Source: Escherichia coli
GTDB taxonomy: Bacteria > Pseudomonadota > Gammaproteobacteria > Enterobacterales > Enterobacteriaceae
Assembly (NCBI RefSeq): GCF_050920415.1
Contig: NZ_CP169309.1
Length of the DNA: 64,000 nt
Strand: one strand, 5' to 3'
The translations under genes and the position numbers were made by a program. The notes under the pieces are model-generated. The model did not search any database, was not told the origin of the DNA, and saw nothing but the letters and a program-made list of their open reading frames with translations. Shown piece by piece: positions 1-10,352 of the stretch (positions within the stretch are counted from its first letter, which is position 1; every line of letters starts with the position of its first letter).

Positions 1-478
1 GCTGGTGCTGTTGCTGATTGAAAAGATGCGCGAAAGCGGCGACATCCTCAGTCATCACGGTTGGCTGCATCTGCCGGATCATAAAGCGGGATTCAGCGAA
101 GAGCAGCAGGCTATCTGGCAAAAAGCGGAGCCGCTGTTTGGTGACGAGCCGTGGTGGGTGCGTGACCTGGCAAAAGAGACGGGAACCGACGAGCAGGCAA
201 TGCGTTTGACGCTACGCCAGGCGGCCCAACAGGGGATAATCACTGCGATCGTCAAAGATCGTTATTACCGTAACGATCGGATTGTCGAATTTGCCAATAT
301 GATCCGCGATCTCGATCAGGAATGTGGTTCAACCTGCGCGGCGGATTTCCGCGATCGCTTAGGTGTAGGCCGAAAGCTGGCAATTCAAATTCTGGAATAT
401 TTTGACCGTATTGGCTTTACGCGTCGCCGTGGAAATGATCATTTATTGCGCGACGCATTATTATTTCCCGAAAAATAA
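1..478 (+). CDS. selB: Selenocysteine-specific elongation factor SelB, C-terminal part (5' end outside window)
   Basis: ORF open from window start; translation matches SelB C-terminal winged-helix region as I recall it; conserved position upstream of yiaY. Confidence 0.85.
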   Translation, partial: LVLLLIEKMRESGDILSHHGWLHLPDHKAGFSEEQQAIWQKAEPLFGDEPWWVRDLAKETGTDEQAMRLTLRQAAQQGIITAIVKDRYYRNDRIVEFANMIRDLDQECGSTCAADFRDRLGVGRKLAIQILEYFDRIGFTRRRGNDHLLRDALLFPEK

Positions 479-667
479 GGGAATGATTAATTCATAATAA
501 ATATGAATTAATACAAAGTTCTTATTAATGTTAAGGAAGCACGTTATTTGATGAATGTAACGTGCTTTTTATTAAAAATATTTTAATAAACGGTAATGTT
601 GATCATATTTTCAAATGAAAATCCTCAGTAAGCTGCCCGCCCTTTTTTACACTTTCAGGAGTGTGTT

Positions 668-1819
668 ATGGCAGCTTCAACCTTTTTTATTCCTTCCGTG
701 AATGTTATCGGCGCTGATTCATTGAATGATGCAATGAATATGATGGCAGATTATGGATTTACCCGTACCTTAATTGTCACTGACAATATGTTAACGAAAT
801 TGGGTATGGCGGGCGATGTGCAAAAAGCACTGGAAGAGCGCAATATTTTTAGCGTTATTTATGATGGCACCCAGCCTAACCCAACCACGGAAAACGTCGC
901 CGCAGGTTTGAAATTACTTAAAGAAAATAATTGCGATAGCGTAATATCCCTGGGCGGTGGTTCTCCGCACGACTGTGCAAAAGGTATTGCGCTGGTTGCA
1001 GCCAACGGCGGTGACATCCGCGATTATGAAGGCGTTGACCGCTCTGCAAAACCGCAGTTGCCGATGATCGCCATCAACACCACTGCGGGTACTGCATCAG
1101 AAATGACTCGTTTCTGCATCATCACCGACGAAGCTCGTCACATCAAAATGGCGATTGTTGATAAGCACGTGACTCCGCTGCTTTCTGTCAATGACTCCTC
1201 GCTGATGATCGGTATGCCGAAGTCACTGACCGCTGCAACGGGTATGGATGCCTTAACGCACGCTATCGAAGCGTATGTGTCTATTGCCGCCACGCCGATC
1301 ACCGACGCTTGCGCACTGAAAGCGGTGACCATGATTGCCGAAAACCTGCCGTTAGCCGTTGAAGATGGCAGCAATGCTAAAGCGCGTGAAGCAATGGCTT
1401 ACGCTCAGTTCCTCGCGGGTATGGCGTTCAACAACGCATCTCTGGGTTATGTTCATGCGATGGCGCACCAGCTGGGCGGTTTCTACAACCTGCCGCACGG
1501 TGTATGTAACGCCGTTCTGCTGCCGCATGTTCAGGTATTCAACAGCAAAGTCGCTGCTGCGCGTCTGCGTGACTGCGCTGCTGCGATGGGTGTTAACGTG
1601 ACAGGTAAAAATGACGCAGAAGGTGCAGAAGCCTGCATCAATGCCATCCGTGAACTGGCGAAGAAAGTGAATATCCCGGCAGGCTTGCGTGACCTGAACG
1701 TGAAAGAAGAAGATTTCGCGGTACTGGCGACCAATGCCCTGAAAGATGCCTGCGGCTTTACTAACCCGATTCAGGCAACTCACGAAGAAATTGTGGCGAT
1801 TTATCGCGCGGCGATGTAA
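668..1819 (+). CDS. yiaY: Iron-containing (group III) alcohol dehydrogenase
   Basis: 383-aa ORF with Fe-ADH-type glycine-rich and His-rich motifs ([16 protein letters not shown]); RBS AGGAG upstream; synteny selB-yiaY-aldB. Confidence 0.9.
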   Translation: MAASTFFIPSVNVIGADSLNDAMNMMADYGFTRTLIVTDNMLTKLGMAGDVQKALEERNIFSVIYDGTQPNPTTENVAAGLKLLKENNCDSVISLGGGSPHDCAKGIALVAANGGDIRDYEGVDRSAKPQLPMIAINTTAGTASEMTRFCIITDEARHIKMAIVDKHVTPLLSVNDSSLMIGMPKSLTAATGMDALTHAIEAYVSIAATPITDACALKAVTMIAENLPLAVEDGSNAKAREAMAYAQFLAGMAFNNASLGYVHAMAHQLGGFYNLPHGVCNAVLLPHVQVFNSKVAAARLRDCAAAMGVNVTGKNDAEGAEACINAIRELAKKVNIPAGLRDLNVKEEDFAVLATNALKDACGFTNPIQATHEEIVAIYRAAM

Positions 1820-1832
1820 TCATCATTCCCAC

Positions 1833-1862
1833 AATGGCTGGCTAATTGTCAGCCATTTTTTC
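1833..1862 (+). terminator. Rho-independent terminator of yiaY (hairpin aatggctg..cagccatt followed by T-run)
   Basis: Inverted repeat plus T tract directly after the yiaY stop codon. Confidence 0.5.
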
Positions 1863-2019
1863 AACTCTCTCAAAATTTGCGATTTTTGAGAGAGTTTTAG
1901 TTATCTCTGTAATCCTTGCCCGTAAATTCGTGATAGCCGTCGTAAAGCTATCACCAGCTGGCGAAGATTTCGCCAGTCACGTCTACCCTTGTTATACCTC
2001 ACACCGCAAGGAGACGATC

Positions 2020-3558
2020 ATGACCAATAATCCCCCTTCAGCACAGATTAAGCCCGGCGAGTATGGTTTCCCCCTCAAGTTAAAAGCCCGCTACGACAAC
2101 TTTATTGGCGGCGAATGGGTAGCCCCTGCCGACGGCGAGTATTACCAGAACCTGACGCCGGTGACCGGGCAGCTACTGTGCGAAGTGGCGTCTTCGGGCA
2201 AACGAGACATCGATCTGGCGCTGGATGCTGCGCATAAAGTGAAAGATAAATGGGCGCATACTTCGGTGCAGGATCGCGCGGCGATTCTGTTTAAGATTGC
2301 CGATCGAATGGAGCAGAACCTCGAACTTTTAGCGACGGCTGAAACCTGGGATAACGGCAAACCCATTCGCGAAACCAGTGCTGCTGATGTACCGCTGGCG
2401 ATTGACCACTTCCGCTATTTCGCCTCGTGTATTCGGGCGCAGGAAGGCGGTATTAGCGAAGTGGATAGCGAAACCGTGGCTTATCACTTCCACGAACCGT
2501 TAGGCGTGGTGGGGCAGATTATCCCGTGGAACTTCCCGCTGTTGATGGCGAGCTGGAAAATGGCTCCCGCGCTGGCGGCGGGCAACTGTGTGGTGCTGAA
2601 ACCCGCACGTCTTACCCCGCTTTCTGTACTGCTGCTAATGGAAATCGTTGGTGATTTACTGCCGCCGGGCGTGGTGAACGTGGTTAACGGCGCTGGTGGG
2701 GAAATTGGCGAATATCTGGCGACCTCGAAACGCATCGCCAAAGTGGCGTTTACCGGCTCAACGGAAGTGGGCCAACAAATTATGCAGTACGCCACGCAAA
2801 ATATTATTCCGGTAACCCTGGAACTGGGCGGCAAGTCGCCAAATATCTTCTTTGCTGATGTGATGGATGAAGAAGATGCCTTTTTCGATAAAGCGCTGGA
2901 AGGCTTTGCACTGTTTGCTTTTAACCAGGGCGAAGTTTGCACCTGTCCAAGTCGTGCCTTAGTGCAGGAGTCAATCTACGAACGCTTTATGGAGCGCGCC
3001 ATCCGCCGTGTCGAAAGCATTCGCAGCGGTAACCCGCTCGATAGCGTGACGCAAATGGGGGCGCAGGTTTCTCACGGGCAACTGGAAACCATCCTCAATT
3101 ACATTGATATCGGTAAAAAAGAGGGTGCTGACGTGCTCACCGGTGGGCGGCGCAAGCTGCTGGAAGGCGAACTGAAAGACGGCTACTACCTCGAACCGAC
3201 GATTCTGTTTGGTCAGAATAATATGCGCGTGTTCCAGGAAGAAATTTTTGGTCCGGTGCTGGCGGTAACCACCTTCAAAACGATGGATGAGGCGCTGGAG
3301 CTGGCGAACGACACGCAATATGGCCTGGGGGCTGGTGTCTGGAGCCGCAACGGTAATCTGGCCTATAAGATGGGGCGCGGTATTCAGGCAGGGCGCGTGT
3401 GGACCAACTGTTATCACGCTTACCCGGCACATGCGGCGTTTGGCGGCTACAAACAATCAGGTATCGGCCGTGAAACCCACAAGATGATGCTGGAGCATTA
3501 CCAGCAAACCAAGTGCCTGCTGGTGAGCTACTCAGATAAACCGTTGGGGCTGTTCTGA
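2020..3558 (+). CDS. aldB: Aldehyde dehydrogenase B
   Basis: 512-aa product starting MTNNPPSAQ with RBS AGGAGA upstream; aldehyde dehydrogenase motifs; tool ORF 1846..3558 carries an upstream in-frame extension. Confidence 0.9.
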   Translation: MTNNPPSAQIKPGEYGFPLKLKARYDNFIGGEWVAPADGEYYQNLTPVTGQLLCEVASSGKRDIDLALDAAHKVKDKWAHTSVQDRAAILFKIADRMEQNLELLATAETWDNGKPIRETSAADVPLAIDHFRYFASCIRAQEGGISEVDSETVAYHFHEPLGVVGQIIPWNFPLLMASWKMAPALAAGNCVVLKPARLTPLSVLLLMEIVGDLLPPGVVNVVNGAGGEIGEYLATSKRIAKVAFTGSTEVGQQIMQYATQNIIPVTLELGGKSPNIFFADVMDEEDAFFDKALEGFALFAFNQGEVCTCPSRALVQESIYERFMERAIRRVESIRSGNPLDSVTQMGAQVSHGQLETILNYIDIGKKEGADVLTGGRRKLLEGELKDGYYLEPTILFGQNNMRVFQEEIFGPVLAVTTFKTMDEALELANDTQYGLGAGVWSRNGNLAYKMGRGIQAGRVWTNCYHAYPAHAAFGGYKQSGIGRETHKMMLEHYQQTKCLLVSYSDKPLGLF

Positions 3559-3570
3559 TGTAAGAAGCTG

Positions 3571-3601
3571 GTCGCATCGGGTATTCATTGCCTGATGCGA
3601 C
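3571..3601 (+). terminator. Hairpin after aldB (gtcgcatc...gatgcgac), putative terminator or REP-like element
   Basis: 8-bp inverted repeat immediately after the aldB stop. Confidence 0.4.
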
Positions 3602-3835
3602 GCTTTCGCGTTTTACCAATTCAAATGTCTACGTCTTGAATGACTGAATATTGATTGAACTTAATTACGAGTCTCCTCGCATCTTTTCAACAAGTTACTG
3701 CACACCGTTATTCTTCTTCCGAACGGCATTCCTGAGTCAACTTTATCTCCCTGACGGCCCATATAAATCGCGCTATCGTGATTGTTATTGCTAAGTGTGT
3801 GTGTATCGTGTGTATAATCATGGAAGGGCAGGGAT

Positions 3836-4021
3836 GTGAAAAGTGCAGACGTGATCGCCATCCTGAAGCAGCATGGCTGGGAACATATTCGAACCCGTGG
3901 TAGTCATCATCAGTTCCGCCACCCTGTCCATCCGGGTCTGGTGACGGTTCCGCACCCTAAAAAAGATATTAAGCCCGGTACGCTGGCGCAAATTGGGCGT
4001 CAGGCTGGTTTAACATTTTAA
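3836..4021 (+). CDS. HicA-family (YcfA-like) toxin-like small protein, type II toxin-antitoxin
   Basis: 61-aa ORF, GTG start, with GW..R.RGSHH.F.HP...TVPHP.KD...GTL..I..QAGL pattern typical of HicA; TATAAT at 3813-3818 upstream; immediately followed by a HicB-like ORF. Confidence 0.7.
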   Translation: MKSADVIAILKQHGWEHIRTRGSHHQFRHPVHPGLVTVPHPKKDIKPGTLAQIGRQAGLTF

Positions 4022-4037
4022 AATTTCAGGAGGCAAT

Positions 4038-4448
4038 ATGTTTTATCCCGCCTATATCCACAGTGATCCTGACGGCAGCGCCAGCGGTTTTTTCCCTGAT
4101 GTTCCAGGCTGTTATTTTGCTGGTGATACGCTGGACAACGCTTTCCAGGATGCGCGAAGTGCACTGGTCGCGCACTTCGAAACCTTATGCGAGATGAATG
4201 AAGAGTTGCCGCTTCCAGGCTCTGTGGAAACACATCTGGTCCAGCGTGCGCAGGACTTTATTGGCGGGCAATGGTTGCTGGTGGATATCAATATGAATCA
4301 GTTCGAAGGTCGGGCTGAACGTATCAATATTACGATGCCGAAAAGATTACTGAACAAGATTGATACCTACGTGCGCAATAACCCAGACTACGCCAACAGA
4401 AGTGCGTTTCTGGCGGAAGCTGCCCGGCGTGTATTGCCGGGCGTTTAA
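4038..4448 (+). CDS. HicB-family antitoxin-like protein with C-terminal ribbon-helix-helix DNA-binding region
   Basis: 136-aa ORF 16 nt after the HicA-like gene, RBS AGGAGG; C-terminal segment ITMPKRLLNKID...RSAFLAEAARRVL resembles an RHH motif. Confidence 0.7.
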   Translation: MFYPAYIHSDPDGSASGFFPDVPGCYFAGDTLDNAFQDARSALVAHFETLCEMNEELPLPGSVETHLVQRAQDFIGGQWLLVDINMNQFEGRAERINITMPKRLLNKIDTYVRNNPDYANRSAFLAEAARRVLPGV

Positions 4449-4780
4449 TCTCGCGTTTCGATGGTGAGCGGGCGGACCAGGCTGTACAGCCACAGACCAA
4501 AACAAGCGATGGTGCCAATCACCACGGTGAGGAACACACTGACTGACAGGCCTGCAAGCAATCCCGCAGGCAGGGCCAGCAGGCCGTGGATCACGGTGTC
4601 GTTCCATCTCACCTGATCGTAGCCAAACATGCCTAAAACGCCGCAAACCAGACCGTAAATCACCATTGGTGTTCCGAGGCCAATCAGCAATAAACGGTAG
4701 ATAATTGAAGGTTTAATACGCTTTATCTGTACTGTGGATGTTTTACTGGGGTTATTCATTAGTTTGGTCAATAGTTCCAT
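4445..4780 (-). CDS. Hypothetical small inner-membrane protein (about 111 aa, 2-3 predicted TM segments)
   Basis: ORF with long hydrophobic stretches; start uncertain (ATG at 4780 or 4828); no clear RBS. Confidence 0.35.
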   Translation of the reverse strand: MELLTKLMNNPSKTSTVQIKRIKPSIIYRLLLIGLGTPMVIYGLVCGVLGMFGYDQVRWNDTVIHGLLALPAGLLAGLSVSVFLTVVIGTIACFGLWLYSLVRPLTIETRD

Positions 4781-4941
4781 TATTTCAATATGATAAACCT
4801 CGACCTGTTGAAAAGCCAGGTAGCACACTTCAGAAAGTATATAAAAAACAATATGTCGTTATATAAATAAGGAAATTGCACTGCATCATGGCATTTCATA
4901 ATATGCGTTAATTGTTCTTTTTTATATTCTCTGAGGGAAAT

Positions 4942-5265
4942 ATGTTCCTGGACTATTTTGCACTGGGAGTGCTTATTTTTGTATTTCTGGTGATATTCTA
5001 TGGGATTATTATTTTACATGATATTCCCTACCTGATTGCTAAAAAACGTAATCATCCTCATGCCGACGCCATTCATGTTGCTGGTTGGGTGAGTCTTTTT
5101 ACGCTGCATGTTATCTGGCCATTTTTGTGGATTTGGGCCACGCTTTACCACCCGGAGCGGGGATGGGGAATGCAAAACCATGACTCCTCCGTTGTGCAAC
5201 TACAACAGCGTATTGCCGGGCTGGAGAAACAGCTCGCCGACATCAAATCCTCTTCTGCCGAGTAA
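4942..5265 (+). CDS. yiaW: DUF3302-family inner membrane protein
   Basis: 107-aa hydrophobic protein immediately upstream of the HlyD-family yiaV, arrangement as in K-12 yiaWV. Confidence 0.8.
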   Translation: MFLDYFALGVLIFVFLVIFYGIIILHDIPYLIAKKRNHPHADAIHVAGWVSLFTLHVIWPFLWIWATLYHPERGWGMQNHDSSVVQLQQRIAGLEKQLADIKSSSAE

Positions 5266-5270
5266 TACTT

Positions 5271-6407
5271 ATGGATTTACTGATTATTTTGACCTATGTG
5301 GCTTTCGCATGGGCAATGTTTAAGATCTTCAAAATTCCTGTAAATAAATGGACCATTCCCACCGCGGCCCTGGGTGGCATATTTATTGTCAGCGGTCTAA
5401 TTCTGTTAATGAACTATAACCATCCGTATACCTTTAAAGCGCAAAAAGCGGTTATTTCTATTCCTGTTGTCCCGCAGGTGACAGGCGTGGTGATCGAAGT
5501 GACGGACAAGAAAAATACGCTGATTAAAAAAGGTGAGGTGCTATTTCGACTGGACCCGACGCGTTATCAGGCGCGGGTGGATCGGCTGATGGCGGATATC
5601 GTTACCGCAGAACATAAACAGCGGGCGTTGGGCGCAGAGTTAGATGAGATGGCGGCGAATACTCAGCAGGCAAAGGCCACGCGGGATAAATTCGCTAAAG
5701 AGTACCAGCGTTACGCACGCGGCAGCCAGGCGAAAGTAAACCCGTTTTCAGAACGCGATATTGATGTGGCGCGGCAAAATTATCTGGCGCAGGAAGCCTC
5801 CGTAAAGTCATCGGCGGCGGAACAAAAACAGATCCAGAGCCAGCTGGATAGCCTGGTGTTGGGTGAACATTCTCAAATCGCCAGCCTGAAAGCGCAGCTC
5901 GCGGAAGCAAAATATAACCTTGAGCAGACGATAGTGCGTGCGCCGAGCGATGGTTATGTGACCCAAGTGCTGATTCGTCCGGGTACCTATGCCGCATCGC
6001 TGCCGCTACGTCCTGTGATGGTGTTTATACCCGATCAGAAACGACAAATTGTGGCGCAGTTCCGTCAGAACTCCTTGCTGCGACTGGCTCCCGGCGATGA
6101 TGCGGAAGTGGTGTTTAATGCTCTGCCAGGTAAGGTATTCAGCGGTAAGCTGGCATCCATTAGTCCAGCTGTTCCCGGCGGAGCTTATCAGTCGACCGGC
6201 ACCTTACAGACGTTAAACACAGCACCGGGTTCAGATGGCGTTATCGCGACCATTGAACTGGATGAGCACACTGAGTTGAGCGCTTTACCAGACGGTATTT
6301 ACGCCCAGGTGGCGGTTTACTCTGATCATTTCAGCCATGTCTCGGTGATGCGCAAAGTGCTGTTACGCATGACCAGTTGGGTGCATTACCTTTATCTCGA
6401 TCATTAA
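5271..6407 (+). CDS. yiaV: HlyD-family membrane fusion protein
   Basis: 378-aa ORF with N-terminal TM segment, coiled-coil region and beta-barrel C-terminus; synteny. Confidence 0.85.
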   Translation: MDLLIILTYVAFAWAMFKIFKIPVNKWTIPTAALGGIFIVSGLILLMNYNHPYTFKAQKAVISIPVVPQVTGVVIEVTDKKNTLIKKGEVLFRLDPTRYQARVDRLMADIVTAEHKQRALGAELDEMAANTQQAKATRDKFAKEYQRYARGSQAKVNPFSERDIDVARQNYLAQEASVKSSAAEQKQIQSQLDSLVLGEHSQIASLKAQLAEAKYNLEQTIVRAPSDGYVTQVLIRPGTYAASLPLRPVMVFIPDQKRQIVAQFRQNSLLRLAPGDDAEVVFNALPGKVFSGKLASISPAVPGGAYQSTGTLQTLNTAPGSDGVIATIELDEHTELSALPDGIYAQVAVYSDHFSHVSVMRKVLLRMTSWVHYLYLDH

Positions 6408-7378
6408 TCTTCGCTTTCCGCCGCTTGTTCAGGCCGCAGTTGCTGCGACTGAGCAAGCTGGTGGCGAATTTCACGCAGCATTTCATCCAGCACATACTGG
6501 ACCCGCCAGGGCTGGTATTCCCGTTTACGGAAGATAGCCACCAGATCCAGCCACCATTCATACGGTTGCTGAAAGCAGGGCACCAGCGTGCCGTCTTGCA
6601 GGTCGCTCTGCACACTTTTGTCTGGCGCAAACACAATCCCCAGGTGATTTCGTGCCAGCTCCAGCGCCGATTGCGTGTTGTCGCAAACGTAATTTCCCTT
6701 CACGCGATAATCCCGCACCTCTTTACTCCCGGCGACGTTGAAGCGCCAGATATTCGCGTCGTCGATCATCATCGAGTCGATCAAAATACAGGAGTGATGT
6801 TCGAGTTCGTCAGGACGGCTAATGGGATGTTTCTCAAGATAGCGCTGACTGGCATAAGCGGTTACGGCATATTGCGTAATAAAACTGGCAACCAGCGATT
6901 CATCTTTTGGTGGAGCATAGCTGATTAAAACATCACAATCATCGGGAAATTCGACACCTTCATAAAAGGCATTACGCTCAAGATTGCAGGTTTTTAGCGA
7001 TAAGGTGATATCACCGATATCTTTAATTTTATCGATAACATGTTTGGATAAATAGGTAATTATGCCGGTTGGGGCGTAGATGGTGACCCGACCACGTTTC
7101 TCATGCTTATAATCTGCAATAAAATTATTAAGTTGCTCGTTTCTGTCCAGCATGTCGTTGATGTACGGTAACAGCGCGGTACCAAAAGGTGTGAGCATCA
7201 GCTGCCGGGTGGTTCGGTCAAAGACTTTTAAACCTACTTTTGATTCAAAATCAGCAAGATATTTGCTGACGTTGGCCTGTGCGAATCCAAGTACAGTCGC
7301 GGCATGGCTGATATTTTCACTGGCAGCGATTACCGAGATAATTTTTAACTCCCGGTACTTAAGTTGTAATTTTGTCAT
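6404..7378 (-). CDS. yiaU: LysR-family transcriptional regulator
   Basis: 324-aa ORF with N-terminal HTH ([19 protein letters not shown]) and LysR substrate-binding domain; divergent from yiaT. Confidence 0.85.
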   Translation of the reverse strand: MTKLQLKYRELKIISVIAASENISHAATVLGFAQANVSKYLADFESKVGLKVFDRTTRQLMLTPFGTALLPYINDMLDRNEQLNNFIADYKHEKRGRVTIYAPTGIITYLSKHVIDKIKDIGDITLSLKTCNLERNAFYEGVEFPDDCDVLISYAPPKDESLVASFITQYAVTAYASQRYLEKHPISRPDELEHHSCILIDSMMIDDANIWRFNVAGSKEVRDYRVKGNYVCDNTQSALELARNHLGIVFAPDKSVQSDLQDGTLVPCFQQPYEWWLDLVAIFRKREYQPWRVQYVLDEMLREIRHQLAQSQQLRPEQAAESED

Positions 7379-7501
7379 CGCAACAGCCCAATTATATATA
7401 ATTTTATATATTACTATATAAATATGAATCTTGCACCGGAGAAATTGTAAGCATTATTATGCCGACTCTTTTTTATCTTATTTTAAAATGGAATACCGGA
7501 C

Positions 7502-8242
7502 ATGTTAATTAACCGCAATATTGTGGCGTTATTTACGTTGCCTTTTATGGCAAGCGCTACTGCTTCTGAATTATCCATTGGTGCTGGTGCAGCTTATAAT
7601 GAATCGCCTTATCGTGGTTATAATGAAAATACAAAGGCAATTCCGCTGATTAGTTATGAAGGTGATTCTTTTTATGTTCGTCAGACCACGTTAGGTTTTA
7701 TTCTGTCGCAAAGTGAAAAAAATGAACTTAGCCTGACCGCATCCTGGATGCCGCTGGAATTTGACCCTGCAGATAATGACGATCATGCCATGCAACAGCT
7801 TGATAAGCGTGATAGTACGGCTATGGCGGGGGTTGCCTGGTATCACCACGAGCGTTGGGGAACCGTGAAAGCCTCTGCGGCTGCGGACGTTCTGGATAAC
7901 AGCAACGGCTGGGTGGGGGAGCTATCGGTATTTCACAAAATGCAGATAGGTCGCCTGTCGCTGACACCTGCACTGGGCGTTCTCTATTATGACGAGAATT
8001 TCAGTGACTATTACTATGGCATTTCAGAGAGTGAGTCCCGTCGTAGCGGTCTGGCAAGTTATTCCGCGCAGGATGCCTGGGTGCCCTATGTCAGCCTGAC
8101 GGCAAAATACCCGATAGGAGAGCACATCGTATTGATGGCGAGTGCCGGATACAGCGAGCTGCCGGAAGAGATTACCGACAGCCCGATGATTGATCGTAAT
8201 GAGAGTTTTACCTTTGTCACCGGCGTGAGCTGGCGTTTTTAA
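7502..8242 (+). CDS. yiaT: MipA/OmpV-family outer membrane protein
   Basis: 246-aa ORF with signal peptide and C-terminal aromatic residue (..VSWRF) typical of beta-barrel OMPs; synteny. Confidence 0.85.
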   Translation: MLINRNIVALFTLPFMASATASELSIGAGAAYNESPYRGYNENTKAIPLISYEGDSFYVRQTTLGFILSQSEKNELSLTASWMPLEFDPADNDDHAMQQLDKRDSTAMAGVAWYHHERWGTVKASAAADVLDNSNGWVGELSVFHKMQIGRLSLTPALGVLYYDENFSDYYYGISESESRRSGLASYSAQDAWVPYVSLTAKYPIGEHIVLMASAGYSELPEEITDSPMIDRNESFTFVTGVSWRF

Positions 8243-8294
8243 TTTACCGGTGGATGTCGGTGCGGCTGGCCTACGCTCTCGCACTGACCTTCAG

Positions 8295-8374
8295 GCTTGA
8301 TAAGACGCGTTAAGCGTCGCATCAGGCAATGTGCACCCTACGTTGGATGCGGCGCGAGCGCCTTATCCAACCTA
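8295..8374. repeat. REP/BIME-type palindromic units (two inverted REP-like copies)
   Basis: gcttgataagacgcg...gcgtcgcatcaggca and gttggatgcggcg...gccttatccaacctac palindromes. Confidence 0.5.
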
Positions 8375-10342
8375 CGGATGGCAATGCTTTTCCTCATTCA
8401 CCCAGATCCGCATTTCGCCTTCACCCCGGTTAGCCCAGCTAAACCACGGGATAAATGTCAGAGTTTGCGGCTGGCGTTTGGCTGGCGCGCTGTCGTAATG
8501 CCACAGCGGTTGCTGCTCTGGATTGCTCTGTTCATACCGGTAACCCGGTGCCTGGATTAAGATCTTATGGCGGAACAATCCATTACCTTCAAATGTCGTA
8601 AATGGCGCATCGGCGGGCAGCCACAGGTTATGCAGTGACTCGCCGTTGTCGGCCTGTTCCAGGCAATACACCAGCGGGCCGCGCTGAATCGCCACTTTTC
8701 CGGCGACGTGACGCACCAGCGGGTTACCGTAAACGCGACGTACCGGCATTGGCAAAGTCAGATTCAGCGTGTCGCCCTCCTGCCATTCGCGGGTAATGTG
8801 CAAATACCCTTTACGAATATCCTGCTCGACCTCTTCCCCATTCAATGTAATCTGCGGCTGTGTGCACCAGTCCGGCAGACGTAAAGCCAGCGTATGACGC
8901 ACCGGCTGGGGCGATTCAACCGCAATTGTCACCTGTTCCTGCCACGGATAGTTTCCGCTAACCCGCAGACGCAGCGTGCCATTTTCTACCGGCACTTCCA
9001 TGCTGTTTCCTGCGTAGATGTTGATATACAACGCATCTTCACGCGGCGTGTAGAGATAATGACCAATCGAGGTTAGCACGCGGGCGATATTTGGCGGACA
9101 ACAAGCGCAACCAAACCAACGCTGGCGGATCGGCTTAACGTGATCGTAGATATGGTTGAATTTCAGCGATTTTGGATGTACTTCCAGCGGATTCACATAG
9201 AAGAAATGTTTGCCATCCAGCGCCATGCCGCCGAGCACGGTGTTGTACAGTGCGCGCTCCATCACATCGGCATATTGACTGTCGCCTTCCATTTCCAGCA
9301 TTCGCCGGGCGAACATCATCAGGCCGATGGAAGCACAGCTTTCGGCGTATACCGTGTCATTCGGCAGATCGTAATCGCTGCTGAACGCTTCGCCGCTGCT
9401 TTGTGAGCCAATGCCGCCGGTAATATATAACTGACGCTGGGCCATATTGTTCCACAGCCGCAGGCAGTCCTGACGCTTGCTTTCATCGTGACTTAAACGC
9501 GCGAGATGCGCGACGCCGGTCATCAGGTAGACAAAACGTACCGCGTGACCAATGGCAGTTTGCTGCTGTGCGATGGGCAAATGTGCCTGGCTGTAGGCTT
9601 TGTCTTTCACCATCCACGCCGGGCCGTAGGTGTGCCAGTGCGAGGTCTGCCCGCGCTTTTCATATTCCTGGTCGTAATAGTGCGGTTGCGCACCACGCTG
9701 TTCGACAAAATAGTTCGTCAGCGCCAGGTAGCGCGGCTCTTCGGTCACTTCATATAGGCGCATTAGTGCCAGTTCAATTTCCGGGTGACCAGGATAACCG
9801 TGTAACTTACTTTCACCTGGACCAAATACGCTGTCGATATGATCGGCCAGACGGCAAACCACTTCCAGCAAGCGCCGCTTGCCCGTGGCCTGGAAGAAGG
9901 CGACTCCGGCTTCAATCAGATGACCGGCGCAGTAAAGTTCATGACACTCCGCCAGATTGCTCCAGCGTTCTTCGGGCGTTTTTACCGTAAAGTAAGTATT
10001 GAGATAGCCATCTTCGCACTGGGCGGAAGCGACCAGTTCGATTACCTCGTCAGCAGTTTTTTCCAGTTCGGCATCCGGCTTCTGGCACAGCGACCAGGCT
10101 ACCGCTTCCAGCCATTTGGCGACGTCGCTGTCCTGAAACACCATCCCGTAAAATTCACCGTCTTGCAGTCCTGCGGCAATGCGAAAGTTTTCAATCGCAT
10201 GGCTGGGTTCCGCTTCTGGGATACGATCGTTCAAGGCATCCCACTGATAAGGAATCACCACGTCGCGGACCAGTTGTTGGTACTGACCGAGGAACGGATC
10301 GCTGACCGTCAGTTTATGCAGATCGACTTCCGAAATGTTCAT
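8372..10342 (-). CDS. Glycoside hydrolase family 127-like protein (DUF1680; beta-L-arabinofuranosidase HypBA1-like)
   Basis: 656-aa product from ATG at 10342 with AAGGAG RBS; contains E-x-C (E334, C336) and C-x-C-C (C412, C414, C415) motifs spaced like the zinc/nucleophile site of GH127; not in the K-12 sgbE-yiaT interval as I recall. Confidence 0.75.
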   Translation of the reverse strand: MNISEVDLHKLTVSDPFLGQYQQLVRDVVIPYQWDALNDRIPEAEPSHAIENFRIAAGLQDGEFYGMVFQDSDVAKWLEAVAWSLCQKPDAELEKTADEVIELVASAQCEDGYLNTYFTVKTPEERWSNLAECHELYCAGHLIEAGVAFFQATGKRRLLEVVCRLADHIDSVFGPGESKLHGYPGHPEIELALMRLYEVTEEPRYLALTNYFVEQRGAQPHYYDQEYEKRGQTSHWHTYGPAWMVKDKAYSQAHLPIAQQQTAIGHAVRFVYLMTGVAHLARLSHDESKRQDCLRLWNNMAQRQLYITGGIGSQSSGEAFSSDYDLPNDTVYAESCASIGLMMFARRMLEMEGDSQYADVMERALYNTVLGGMALDGKHFFYVNPLEVHPKSLKFNHIYDHVKPIRQRWFGCACCPPNIARVLTSIGHYLYTPREDALYINIYAGNSMEVPVENGTLRLRVSGNYPWQEQVTIAVESPQPVRHTLALRLPDWCTQPQITLNGEEVEQDIRKGYLHITREWQEGDTLNLTLPMPVRRVYGNPLVRHVAGKVAIQRGPLVYCLEQADNGESLHNLWLPADAPFTTFEGNGLFRHKILIQAPGYRYEQSNPEQQPLWHYDSAPAKRQPQTLTFIPWFSWANRGEGEMRIWVNEEKHCHP

Positions 10343-10352
10343 CTTGTGCTCC

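Noticed and set aside
1352-1783. 143-aa minus-strand ORF (and similar short ORFs) nested inside yiaY
   Set aside because: Antisense overlap with a well-supported conserved gene; no independent signals. The same reasoning applies to the many other short antisense ORFs in the track.
3661-3861. 66-aa minus-strand ORF in the aldB / HicA-like intergenic region
   Set aside because: Low-complexity translation overlapping the putative promoter of the HicA-like gene; no RBS.
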